Positions 8,314-17,631 of a stretch of DNA of 64,000 nt are shown here, in pieces; positions within the stretch are counted from its first letter, which is position 1; each line of letters opens with the position of its first letter. Both the position numbers and the translations under genes were made by a program. Under the pieces are notes generated by a model. It did no database searches, had not been told where the DNA came from, and worked only from the letters and a program-made list of their open reading frames with translations. The stretch lies in sequence record MZ574432.2; one strand, given 5' to 3'.

Positions 8314-8823
8314 GTGCCCCTCAAGTTTGACCTGCCCAGTCCGATCCAGAACGACCGCTGCGGCTGCTATGGCCAATGGCGTGATGAAGACCAATGGGTC
8401 AGCGGCTTCGTGACCGCGTTCAACGGCTCGGTGGCGTCGATCACGACCGACCAGGGCGTTGAACTCAAGGTTCCCGCCCGGCGGATGACCTGGAAGAAGA
8501 ACCGCAGCGAATGGGCGGTCTGGTCACCTCAGATCGACGCCATCGCCCAGGCGGCCTTCCACGCCCGGTCGGGGGATGGTCGCTCCAGGCATAACCGCCG
8601 GCTCGTCCCTGGCGAGTACGTGCGCTGCCAGATTGGAGAACGGCTGGTGGGCGGCTTTGTGTGTGGCGTGCTGATCGATGGCTTCATGGTCACCATCCCG
8701 GTCGAGAAGACCCTGGTTCCCGAGGCGGGCGTCAACACTGTCGTGATTTCGTCCGACATGCTAAGCTATGATGGTGATCGCCAGTGCTGGCAGGCCCGCC
8801 ACCGCAAGGTCAAGCCGCAATGA
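8314..8823 (+). CDS. hypothetical protein
   Basis: ORF in chain. Confidence 0.65.
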   Translation: MPLKFDLPSPIQNDRCGCYGQWRDEDQWVSGFVTAFNGSVASITTDQGVELKVPARRMTWKKNRSEWAVWSPQIDAIAQAAFHARSGDGRSRHNRRLVPGEYVRCQIGERLVGGFVCGVLIDGFMVTIPVEKTLVPEAGVNTVVISSDMLSYDGDRQCWQARHRKVKPQ

Positions 8824-8986
8824 GTCGGGAGGACGCCGTCAAGGTCGCCGAGGCGGTGAACGCCATCGGTGATGTCGGCTTCTACCGTTCAGAGACCATG
8901 GCGAGGCTGCGCAAAGCCTTTCCAGAGCACGTCGATGTCCTCGTGCTCGATTATCCGACCGGCCGCCAGGAAAGGAGGGCGACGGC

Positions 8987-9577
8987 ATGAGCCATCCCGA
9001 CGACGCCATCCTCTGGAAGGTCCGCGCGCCGCGCCTGCTGGACCATGTGCCCAGGCCCTGGATTGCCGACGCGGTCCAGTCGATCCGCGCCGAGTTCGCC
9101 GCCGGCCGCCGCATCCACCAGCGCCCTGAGATCACCTCCTTCCACCCGTTCGTGCGCGATCGCGGTCCCAAGGACGATGACTTCGGGGTCAATCCGGGCA
9201 TGTCCCTGATCGTCACCAAGGGGCCAGCCCAGTACCATACCGACGGCAGCTTCCCGAGGTTCTTCTATCTCCTCATCCTCCATTCGCGCAGCTACTGCGT
9301 CGATGGCGGTATGTGGCCCGAGCCGTTCGAAGCTGACCAGCCGGGCGATCTCATCTGCCTGGATAGCCACCGCCATCATGGACTGCGCGCTTCCTGGCAC
9401 GAGGGTCCCGAGGACCTTCAGCCTGAGGCCTGCCGCACCGATCGGGTCATCCCCAACTTCTGGCTGGCCCTGTCGATGGAGTCCTGGGCATCCTGGACGC
9501 CTGAGCAGACCATCACCGCCTACGACCGTGGGCTAAAGCACAACAAGGCGCTGATCTCCGCAAAGGAATACGCATGA
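8987..9577 (+). CDS. hypothetical protein, possibly cupin/2OG-oxygenase-like fold
   Basis: YHTD...GDLICLDSHRHHG resembles an HxD...H arrangement; weak. Confidence 0.45.
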   Translation: MSHPDDAILWKVRAPRLLDHVPRPWIADAVQSIRAEFAAGRRIHQRPEITSFHPFVRDRGPKDDDFGVNPGMSLIVTKGPAQYHTDGSFPRFFYLLILHSRSYCVDGGMWPEPFEADQPGDLICLDSHRHHGLRASWHEGPEDLQPEACRTDRVIPNFWLALSMESWASWTPEQTITAYDRGLKHNKALISAKEYA

Positions 9578-10032
9578 AGGATCACTTCTCCCGCATCCAG
9601 CCGACGACCATCCAGGACGCCGTCGACCTGATCTACTCGTGGATGGACGAGCAGGACAAACTGGCCGCCCAGTCCAACGCCGCCTACCTCCACCATGGCC
9701 TGATGCGCCACGTGCGCAACGAATGGCAGTTGTGGGACACCTCGACCGCGATCGTCCGCCACGCCAAGTCCGTTTACGGCATCGAGCATGGCGACGACGT
9801 CTCCGGCATGATCCAGGGCGGGCTGCTGGCCAAGATCAAGGGCGAGACCTTCGACTACGATGCGGAGGCTCGCCGCTATCGCGATCACTGGGCGCGCTAC
9901 GGCGGGGAGGACGACGGTGACCCGCTCCTTCCGCCGGCCGCGCTCATCACCCCCTCCAGCGCCCGCCCCAATGTCCAGGAGGCGCCGCGCAAGCGGGGCA
10001 TCCTGAGCCGCCTGGGCGATCTCTTCAGCTAA
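9574..10032 (+). CDS. hypothetical protein
   Basis: ATGA overlap. Confidence 0.75.
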   Translation: MKDHFSRIQPTTIQDAVDLIYSWMDEQDKLAAQSNAAYLHHGLMRHVRNEWQLWDTSTAIVRHAKSVYGIEHGDDVSGMIQGGLLAKIKGETFDYDAEARRYRDHWARYGGEDDGDPLLPPAALITPSSARPNVQEAPRKRGILSRLGDLFS

Positions 10033-10042
10033 GGACCCAACC

Positions 10043-10573
10043 ATGACCGAGACCACCGTGGCCGAGAAGGCCCCCGAGACCGACGTCGCCCAGGCCGCCG
10101 AGCCCGCGCGCAATCCGAACCTGCCGCTGCTGTTCCACACCGAGTACATCTCGGGCGGACGCAAGTTCGGCGGCTTGATCGAGGCCGAGGACATGGGCCA
10201 CGCCCAGCTTCTGGCCGCGCGGCGCAATCTCAACGAGCGCATCATCAGCCAGGGCTTCCAAGTCGCCGATCCTGGCATGGGTCACTTCGGCTATCACCTC
10301 GCCGAAGGCGATTACGTCGCGGCCCTGCACGACGCCACTTACATGACCTATCTGGGCATGGAAGCCGGCGTCATCACGCCGCGCGAAGCCCTGGGCGATC
10401 GTGGGCTGCTGCACGAGATGGCTCACCTGATCCAGGAAGGCGACGACCGTCATCCCGAGGACCCCGAGAGCCGTCTGCTGCGCCTGCGCGGCATGTGGAA
10501 GGACCTGTCGGGCCGCGTGCCGGGCTTCCCGCTGGCCACGCTCGACGCCTACTATCGCCGGGACCTCGCGTGA
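10043..10573 (+). CDS. hypothetical protein with HEMAH motif; paralog of 7256-8302
   Basis: GLLHEMAHLI; KDLSGRVPG vs KDLEAKVPG. Confidence 0.75.
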   Translation: MTETTVAEKAPETDVAQAAEPARNPNLPLLFHTEYISGGRKFGGLIEAEDMGHAQLLAARRNLNERIISQGFQVADPGMGHFGYHLAEGDYVAALHDATYMTYLGMEAGVITPREALGDRGLLHEMAHLIQEGDDRHPEDPESRLLRLRGMWKDLSGRVPGFPLATLDAYYRRDLA

Positions 10574-10886
10574 CCGAGACCATCGTCAGCCAGGACGCGT
10601 TCGTCCACGCCTCCACTGACCAGCGCTGCATCCGCCGTGACCATGTTCACGGCGGGTGGGCCGCGCGCAGCGCCAGTGGCATCGAGAAGAACTTTCCCGA
10701 CTACTTCGCCGCCTGCAAGTATGCCGGCCTGACGCCGCTCGCCGGCGCCGATAAGGATGGCCGCGTTCCCACGCCAGATGTCGACCCACGCTCGGCGCAA
10801 GGATGCGCGCTTCGTTTTGAGAACGTCGTGCCCTTCCGAGGCGCGCCGGTCATCCCTGAAGACCCGCTCGTGAGGACCGACGGCTG

Positions 10887-11726
10887 ATGCCCCGCATCTT
10901 CTTCGACCCCGTCTCGCTCGATGACGTCGCAGAGTTGGGCTATCGGGCCCAGTTCTATGGACGTGACGGTGTCAGGTCCTACGGGACGACGACGCGACCG
11001 GCGAGCGACGGCGAAGCCGGAGAGAGGTGGGACGCGAAGACCGTCACCAAGACCATCGAGAAGGCCTATAAGAGCCTGATGGATGCCGTGGGCGACTACC
11101 CTGGCGGAACGATCCGTCAGAGGGCTCCAGCGGCTCGTGAGGCGTTTCTGTACGGCGCTCCGACCTATCGGGGCAGCCCAATCGGTTTCATCGACATTCA
11201 CGGCCAGGATCGAGAGTTTATTCGACACCGGCACCTCGCCTGGGATGGGGTCCCTGTTCAAGTCGTTCCCAAGCAAATGCTGGAGACCACGGTCAGCGAC
11301 ATGCGCTGGGTGCGTCCACGATGCCCCAACAAGCGCCTGGAAGGCCGCAAGGGGACCAGGAAGGCCTGGAAACGAGCCAACCCACCGGGATGGCGCGCCG
11401 TAGGCCCTCCGAAGCTCCAGCGCTTTTATGTGATGCACAACGGCATCCTCTACCTAACAGACGAGCAGGTCGAGCAGATCAAGGCTGTCGAGGCTCGTGG
11501 GCGCGTCCTGGACGTGAGACTGAATGACGATCGCGGCATCACCGTCGCCACGATCAGTCGTGAGAAGCTTCAGCATGTCGAGCGGATCGAATCCTCCCTC
11601 GGACATGGCGTCAGCAGCGAACTAGGCACCCAGACCTATGTCGAGGAAGAGGTGCGCCCACTGCGATCACGCGCCGAGGCTGACGAACTGATGGAAGCGT
11701 TCCTGACTGGACGTCTTGATCGTTGA
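10887..11726 (+). CDS. hypothetical protein
   Basis: TGATG overlap; stop lies in the next TTGACA. Confidence 0.7.
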   Translation: MPRIFFDPVSLDDVAELGYRAQFYGRDGVRSYGTTTRPASDGEAGERWDAKTVTKTIEKAYKSLMDAVGDYPGGTIRQRAPAAREAFLYGAPTYRGSPIGFIDIHGQDREFIRHRHLAWDGVPVQVVPKQMLETTVSDMRWVRPRCPNKRLEGRKGTRKAWKRANPPGWRAVGPPKLQRFYVMHNGILYLTDEQVEQIKAVEARGRVLDVRLNDDRGITVATISREKLQHVERIESSLGHGVSSELGTQTYVEEEVRPLRSRAEADELMEAFLTGRLDR

Positions 11727-11756
11727 CACGGTGACGCGAGCCGTGGCACGTAAGGC
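11723..11756 (+). promoter_or_regulatory. promoter, second class (TTGACACGGTGAC)
   Basis: TTGACACGGTGAC shared with 50773-50785; TAAGGC downstream. Confidence 0.55.
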
Positions 11757-11757
11757 C

Positions 11758-12663
11758 ATGGATCAGATCACCGAGATCGCGCCGCATCTGCGCGGCTATG
11801 GCTGGGCGCCGGGCGACTATTTCTCCCGCTGCCACGTCTGCGACCAGCAATTCATCGGCGACAAGCGCGCCATCAGTTGCCACCCCTGCGCGGTGGCCCG
11901 ACACGAGGATTTGACGACCTTGTTCACGTTGACGCCGGCCCAGCAGGAAGCTCTGCTCAAGATCGCGGCCTATCTGGACCTCGACGGCGTCTTCGCCGAC
12001 TTCGACGAGGGCATCCGGCGCCTCGGGTTCAAGCCCGATCCCGAGTACAACAAGTCCAGCCACGAGATGGACGACGCCGCCCGCCTCTGGAAGGAGGGCA
12101 TGTATCAGGTGATCCAGGGCACCAACTTCTACGAGACCCTGCCGCTCATGGAGCGCGCCGCCGATCTCTACAGACTGTTTGCGCCCACCGACCCGATCTT
12201 CGTCACGGCGTCCCCGAAGTTCGGCTCGACCGAGGACACCTATCTGACCCACCCCTACTTCCTGGGCGCGGCCTACGCAAAGCGCCGCTGGGTCGAGGAG
12301 TGCCTGCTGCCGGCCGCTGCCTTGCCTCCAGGCGCGCCGGCCGGCGGCCAGCCGTTGCGCATCCGTATCGCCGATCGGAACTTCGTCTGCACGACCTCGT
12401 CGCGCAAGCAGGAGTTCATGCACCGCAAGCACTCGCCCTATCAAGTCCTGGTCGATGACCGCGAGGCCAATTGCCGTGTCTGGGCTGAGTCGGGCGGGAT
12501 CGCCATCCTGCACACCTCGGCCATGTCGACCTACCGGCTGCTCGTCAGTCTCCTGGATCAGATCATCGCCGGCGCCGAGCTTCAGCCCTCGATCCTGCGA
12601 ACCGATTTTCCGCGTAGCCGCCAGCCCAAAGTCGACGTCGCCCAACTGGTCGCGGGCCTCTAG
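11758..12663 (+). CDS. HAD-superfamily 5'(3')-deoxyribonucleotidase (NT5C-like) with N-terminal Cys4 module
   Basis: YLDLDGVFADF (motif I), TASP, LVDDREAN (motif IV); N-terminal CHVC...GDKRA..CHPC. Confidence 0.75.
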   Translation: MDQITEIAPHLRGYGWAPGDYFSRCHVCDQQFIGDKRAISCHPCAVARHEDLTTLFTLTPAQQEALLKIAAYLDLDGVFADFDEGIRRLGFKPDPEYNKSSHEMDDAARLWKEGMYQVIQGTNFYETLPLMERAADLYRLFAPTDPIFVTASPKFGSTEDTYLTHPYFLGAAYAKRRWVEECLLPAAALPPGAPAGGQPLRIRIADRNFVCTTSSRKQEFMHRKHSPYQVLVDDREANCRVWAESGGIAILHTSAMSTYRLLVSLLDQIIAGAELQPSILRTDFPRSRQPKVDVAQLVAGL

Positions 12664-12665
12664 CG

Positions 12666-12917
12666 ATGACGCTCGCCGACGTCCTGGCCCTGACCGTGGC
12701 GATGTTGTTCGCCTCTGGTTTTGTCCTGATCTGGGCGTCGCTTATCACCATGGTGTTCGACGAACCCTTCGCTCGATTGCTGGCTTTCGGCGGGATCGGT
12801 TCGTGGGTTGGGTCCTTGGCCTTGCTGCTCCTGTGCTGGAGCTTTGGTCTCTGGGCGCCAACCATGAATGGCGTGGAACAATGGGAGCCCAAGAACTATT
12901 GGGCCGAATGGTTCTAA
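12666..12917 (+). CDS. small membrane protein
   Basis: Two hydrophobic segments. Confidence 0.65.
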   Translation: MTLADVLALTVAMLFASGFVLIWASLITMVFDEPFARLLAFGGIGSWVGSLALLLLCWSFGLWAPTMNGVEQWEPKNYWAEWF

Positions 12918-12928
12918 GGGAGGAACCG

Positions 12929-13180
12929 ATGGGTATGCACCTGGACAGCATCTGGCTCGTGATCTGGGCCATCGTGGGCGGAACCGGCATCACGCTGGCC
13001 GTCGTGTCGAAGAATTTCGCCATCAGTGTCTGGGGCGCGTCGATCGGTTTCTGCGCCGTGGCGTTCTTCTTCTGGAAGATCACGCTGATCGCCTCGGCGG
13101 TGGCGTTCGTCCTGGGATCGCTGCTCTACGTGGCCGGCGAGTTCCACAACTTCCTCTCGCGCAGGGGGCTTCTTCGCTGA
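12929..13180 (+). CDS. small membrane protein
   Basis: GGAGG RBS; hydrophobic throughout. Confidence 0.7.
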   Translation: MGMHLDSIWLVIWAIVGGTGITLAVVSKNFAISVWGASIGFCAVAFFFWKITLIASAVAFVLGSLLYVAGEFHNFLSRRGLLR

Positions 13181-13515
13181 TGTCCAAGATCGTCCACTGG
13201 TACGACATCAAACCCTGGACAGGACCCGAGGCGGACTACCGGATCGCCGAGAACCTGCCGGCCGGCACCAAGGTCCTGACCGCGTGCATGCGGGAGGGCC
13301 GGCCCGTGCTCTATGTCGAGAAGGTCGTTGGCAAGGGCAATCCGGCCCAGGCCATGTACCAGAATCAAGTCGACGCTTTCTTCGTCGAGACCGGCAAGGA
13401 GTTCCTGGAGGTCCTGACGCCGGGCGACCCGTTCAAATACGTCGCCACGATCCAGATCGAGCGACCCTCGGGGCTCTATTTCTACCATGTCTACGCAAGG
13501 GTCCTGGGTCTGTGA
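13180..13515 (+). CDS. hypothetical protein
   Basis: TGATG overlap; MSKIVHWYDIK. Confidence 0.7.
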   Translation: MSKIVHWYDIKPWTGPEADYRIAENLPAGTKVLTACMREGRPVLYVEKVVGKGNPAQAMYQNQVDAFFVETGKEFLEVLTPGDPFKYVATIQIERPSGLYFYHVYARVLGL

Positions 13516-13780
13516 AGTCCTCAACCGCCGAGATTACGGCGGTAAGATGCCCAAGGGCGCCAAGTCCGTAGACCGTAACACGCCCTACGGCAATCCCTTC
13601 CACATCTCGGCGACCATGGACCGAGACCAGTGCATCGACGCCTTCGAGGCCTGGGTGATGGCCCAGCCTGATCTGATCGCCAGGGCGCGCCGAGAGCTTC
13701 GCGGCTATCATCTGGCGTGCTGGTGCGCGCCGCTGCGCTGCCACGCCGAGGTCTGGAAGAAATTATTGGTTACTTCGTGA
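13487..13780 (+). CDS. DUF4326 family protein
   Basis: VDRNTPYGNPF...LRGYHLACWCAPLRCHAEV signature; start uncertain. Confidence 0.8.
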   Translation: MSTQGSWVCEVLNRRDYGGKMPKGAKSVDRNTPYGNPFHISATMDRDQCIDAFEAWVMAQPDLIARARRELRGYHLACWCAPLRCHAEVWKKLLVTS

Positions 13781-13824
13781 CGCCGTCGTTGACAGGCTAC
13801 GCGAATCTGAGGACAAATCGACGC

Positions 13825-14352
13825 ATGCTTTTGCACACACCTGCCATCCAGGCAGCATGGGCGTTCGCTCAGCTAGCCCATGCCGGCCAGAAGTACGGGG
13901 ACGACGATTACGACGTCCACGTCCGGGAAGTGGCGATGACGCTTCAGGATCATGGCTACGGCCAGGAAAGCTGGATCATCAAGGGCCTGCTCCACGACTG
14001 CTTCGAGGACAACAGCAACGTCACGCTGGAGATTCTGGTTGCCGGCTTCGGTGCAGATGTCGCCGAAGGGGTGGACACCTGCTCGGGGTTTGGAAACACG
14101 CGCCTGGAGCGCGTGACCATGATCGCCGAGAAGATGCGCCAGCGGCCTCGGCACATTCCCGTCAAAGTCGCCGACCGGATCGTGAACCTGCGCGCGGCGG
14201 CGAAGAACAAGTCCGTGCGCCACGCGCTGCTCTATCTGGGCGAGGCGGCCGGGTTCGACGAAATCGTTCGAGATCACGTGGGTGACACCATGTGGCTCGA
14301 CCTGCAAGACGCCTACGCCGCCTGCGAGCGCATGGTCGGAGAGCACCATTGA
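13825..14352 (+). CDS. HD-domain phosphohydrolase, RelA/SpoT/Mesh1-like
   Basis: AHAGQ.Y...Y..H, LLHDCFED, VKVADRIVNL; TTGACA at 13789-13794 upstream. Confidence 0.8.
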   Translation: MLLHTPAIQAAWAFAQLAHAGQKYGDDDYDVHVREVAMTLQDHGYGQESWIIKGLLHDCFEDNSNVTLEILVAGFGADVAEGVDTCSGFGNTRLERVTMIAEKMRQRPRHIPVKVADRIVNLRAAAKNKSVRHALLYLGEAAGFDEIVRDHVGDTMWLDLQDAYAACERMVGEHH

Positions 14353-14636
14353 GCCATTCAAGCCTTGACGCCGCGTCCCTGGAAGCTTTCCAGAGCGGCT
14401 TCGACAACGCCGCCATCGACGCCTTCGCCAACGTCCTGAAGGCCAAGATGGCGGAGTCGCGCGCCAAGGGCCGAGGCGGCTGGCACCGACCCGACGAGGT
14501 CAGCCAGCAGGCGCTCGTCGAAGCGCTGCGCCACCACCTCGACAAGGGCGATCCCCGTGACGTCGCCCTGTTCGCCATGATGCTCCACTACCACGGCTGG
14601 TCCACCAGCCTGGACGCCCCGAAAGAAGCTGCATGA
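14349..14636 (+). CDS. conserved phage hypothetical protein
   Basis: KMAESRAKGRGGW...KGDPRDVALFAMML; TTG start overlapping upstream stop. Confidence 0.7.
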   Translation: MSHSSLDAASLEAFQSGFDNAAIDAFANVLKAKMAESRAKGRGGWHRPDEVSQQALVEALRHHLDKGDPRDVALFAMMLHYHGWSTSLDAPKEAA

Positions 14637-15070
14637 CCTACACCCGCAAGCAGGCCGTGATCGCGCTGGAACATCTGACCCCGCCCATGCCCGGCGTTGA
14701 ACTCGATGCGGATGGCCGCAAGATCGCCAAGCCGCCGGCTGATCTTTCCTGGGGAACTAAGGCGCTTTCGAGGCGCCTGAATGTCGACGTCGCTACCGCC
14801 AAGGACATCGAAGACGAACTGGTCGCCGACGGTCTCCTTCGCCGTACGCCAGGGTTCTACAACACGCCCAGGTTCCACCTCACCGAGTCGGGTGCGGCCT
14901 ACCTGATCCTGGCCCGTCGCGGCGCCCAGACCGCCGAAGGGATCGTGGAAAAGATTCCGCGCGGACCGATCGCGGCCGATCCCATCTCGATGCGCGGCAC
15001 CCTCAACGAGATGGAGTTCAGAGGACTGGTCACGACGAGCGACGGCGCGACCTACGCCCTGGCGGCCTGA
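14633..15070 (+). CDS. putative winged-helix DNA-binding protein
   Basis: LSRRLNVDVATAKDIEDELVADGLL...FHLTESG; second similar unit LNEMEFRGLV. Confidence 0.6.
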   Translation: MTYTRKQAVIALEHLTPPMPGVELDADGRKIAKPPADLSWGTKALSRRLNVDVATAKDIEDELVADGLLRRTPGFYNTPRFHLTESGAAYLILARRGAQTAEGIVEKIPRGPIAADPISMRGTLNEMEFRGLVTTSDGATYALAA

Positions 15071-15072
15071 TC

Positions 15073-15912
15073 ATGGCCATGCTCAACGAGATGAAGGAAT
15101 TCATAGCGCGCGGGATTCATCATCCTGCGTTCATGAACACTGAGTTAAGAGAGCGTATGACGCTGCTCTACATGCAGCACGTGTATCAGTCCAACGCTAT
15201 CGCGTTGCGTATTTTGCGAGATGAGCGTGTGTACGGCTTGAGTTTGCTTGAGGTTACGCAGGATGAGGCCAGACGCCTTATCCATGCAGAGATCGAATGG
15301 CTGCTGCCGGGCATGGTGACGCGCATCCCGCGAGTGCTTATTGCCTACTTCGATAACGATGGCGAGCGGCACGATCGCTATGTCGAGGACGCCCTGGCCG
15401 TCAAGGCGGGTCTGGAAGTCACCGCCGACTGGCATCATACCGTCCAAGCGTTCGAGGCGCAGGAACCCGACGCCCAAGTCATGGGCCGCAGCCAGGACCC
15501 CAACTGGTATCTGGTGCGCAAGCGCGATCCGTTCGGCATCCTGACGGAGATGCGCCGCAGCGGCGCGCGCAATCCGATCATGTTCAAGGATCGGCCCGGC
15601 GATCGCTATGAAGACTTGATGGACGAGGACAGCATCGTCGGCGAGGCCTTGCTGCCGGTCGAGTACCATTTGCTGCTGGACATGCGAGCGGCGGCCTACA
15701 AGCGCCAGATGAAGACCCTGCCGCCATCGCGAGGCGACATTGGTGACGGGCTCGTCAACCTTCAGCTTGCCAAGGTGAAGGAAGCGCCTGCATCGATCAC
15801 CAACCGCGCGCCTTTCATTCGTGAAGTGATCGTGCCGACCGATCTTGGATTGCGGTTCATGGGCGTGAAGGACGCCAACCTTCGCAACGCCATCCTGGCC
15901 GGATACCGCTGA
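15073..15912 (+). CDS. hypothetical protein
   Basis: ORF in chain; 5' part AT-richer. Confidence 0.7.
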   Translation: MAMLNEMKEFIARGIHHPAFMNTELRERMTLLYMQHVYQSNAIALRILRDERVYGLSLLEVTQDEARRLIHAEIEWLLPGMVTRIPRVLIAYFDNDGERHDRYVEDALAVKAGLEVTADWHHTVQAFEAQEPDAQVMGRSQDPNWYLVRKRDPFGILTEMRRSGARNPIMFKDRPGDRYEDLMDEDSIVGEALLPVEYHLLLDMRAAAYKRQMKTLPPSRGDIGDGLVNLQLAKVKEAPASITNRAPFIREVIVPTDLGLRFMGVKDANLRNAILAGYR

Positions 15913-16153
15913 TGTTCACACCGTCCGATCGTCAGAAGGGTATGATCCACAATGCCCTGGGCCTGCTCTATAGCGACAAGCCCTACCGCCGGCACTTCGT
16001 CGTTGGGCGCGGTAGCCCAAACCACGACGCCTGGGTGGAACTGACCGTTCACGGGTTCGCCGAGGAAGGGGAGCACGGCGAGGATGCCCAGCAGCTTTGG
16101 TTCTTCGTGTCTGAGAAGGGCGCGGCCCTGCTCGGGCACAAGCTGCCGGTAGA

Positions 16154-16576
16154 TTGATTTATGAGTGTGTGAGGGGTCCTATGAGCGTAAAAGACGAAAG
16201 ACAGGGTTGGCCAGGACGGCGCCGGGTTTGGGTGGACTTCATGTTCGCTGGCCCGTTCAGCACCGCCTTCATCAACGAAAAGCAGAGCCATCGCGACGCG
16301 ACCATCGAGTTCAAGACCATGGTCTTGGAGAAGCTGTGTCACGCCTGCGCTGATGGTTCCAAGTGGGGCCTCTCGGATGCTGGACGAGTCCTGCGCGTTC
16401 TCTATATGCTCGGCGACAAGGAAGCCGGTCCGTGGACCCTGACCCAGATCAGGCAGTTCGCGGACATGAAGCGTCTGACCGCCGACGAGGTCGCTGCTGG
16501 CCTGGAGGTCCTGGTGGAGTTCCGCATCGTCGATCGACAACCCTCCTCTCGCACTATCAAATGGGACCTGAAATGA
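16154..16576 (+). CDS. hypothetical protein with possible C-terminal winged helix
   Basis: LTADEVAAGLEVLVEFRIV; start may be 16181. Confidence 0.55.
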   Translation: MIYECVRGPMSVKDERQGWPGRRRVWVDFMFAGPFSTAFINEKQSHRDATIEFKTMVLEKLCHACADGSKWGLSDAGRVLRVLYMLGDKEAGPWTLTQIRQFADMKRLTADEVAAGLEVLVEFRIVDRQPSSRTIKWDLK

Positions 16577-16803
16577 CCAAGACCTACTTCGCCCGCGACG
16601 GCCAAGTCTACAAGCTGCAACTGGGCGAGGAAATTCCGATGCCGCTCGGGGGCGCCAAGCTCCGTCACGCCCAGCACCTGACCGACGCCTCCTTCAACGA
16701 GGCCAGCTACCCCGAGGTCGCCGAGCGCGAGCGCGCCCAAGCCACCGAACTGGCCGCCGCCATCCGCGAGATCGAGCCGACGTTCGAAGGCGAAACGGGC
16801 GTC

Positions 16804-16822
16804 TGCTAGAAAACTGTTGACA
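16804..16822 (+). promoter_or_regulatory. conserved promoter element
   Basis: TGCTAGAAAACTGTTGACA (contains the upstream TAG stop), 18-nt spacer, TAAGCA. Confidence 0.8.
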
Positions 16823-16874
16823 GGCCTCCTCGTCGTCGCGTAAGCATGCGTGACATCAACCGAGGAGGCCCGTC

Positions 16875-17179
16875 TTGAGCGAACGCTACGAAGTCCGGTT
16901 CATCACGCCCGCAGGCGTGCCGAACCCCAAGGGGCGAACACCTATAGCGACGCTGTGTTCGTCCGCGATTCGGCGGCCAAGATGGACCCGCCCTATGCCC
17001 TGGCCAACCCCGACATCGTGCGTTTCACCGAAACCGTGATCCCGCCGTCGGCCTATCCGCGCATGCTCGAACCGCTGACCGGCCTGGAGATCACTGAAAT
17101 CCGTGCGGCCCTGCGGCGCGGCTGCGATGAGCGCACCGCCGCCCGCGCCCTGGCCCAGATGGGGATTTTCGATCGATGA
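16875..17179 (+). pseudogene. gene split by an apparent -1 frameshift at 16929-16934 (about 101 aa if shifted)
   Basis: GAGGAGG RBS + TTG at 16875; host-like codons for 20 codons, then good codon usage continues only in the -1 frame. Confidence 0.6.
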
Positions 17180-17631
17180 AGCTGAAGCGAGCCCTCAAGA
17201 GCGCCAGCGATCTGAAGCGCGGCCCCCGACTCGCCACGCCGGCCGAGCGCGCCAAGCTCGACCCGCTGGAACTGGCCAATGTCGTCGCCGCCGAGCGCAA
17301 GATGAAGGCCTACGATGACCGACGCGCGGCCGAACTCGAAGCCGCCAAGCGCTCGCCTTTGGACGCCTTCCGCGCCAACAAAGGCTACACCGGCGACGAG
17401 ATGCCCGATAAAGGCCAGCGTGATGGATCGTGCAACCGCACCGCCTGCCAGCTTCCCCTGGCCGGCAACCGCCAGTTTTTCATGAAGGACCACTTCACCG
17501 GTGGGCGGCTGTACTACTGCCCGGCCTGCGAGCGCAAGTTCAGTGAAGCCGATCGCCAGTTCCGCGAGGAGCGCCGCTGCCAGCCTGACGAAGACAACGA
17601 AAATCGCCCGCGCTGGGAGAGCTATCCATGA
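17176..17631 (+). CDS. hypothetical protein with Cys4 motif
   Basis: CNRTAC...YYCPAC. Confidence 0.75.
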   Translation: MKLKRALKSASDLKRGPRLATPAERAKLDPLELANVVAAERKMKAYDDRRAAELEAAKRSPLDAFRANKGYTGDEMPDKGQRDGSCNRTACQLPLAGNRQFFMKDHFTGGRLYYCPACERKFSEADRQFREERRCQPDEDNENRPRWESYP

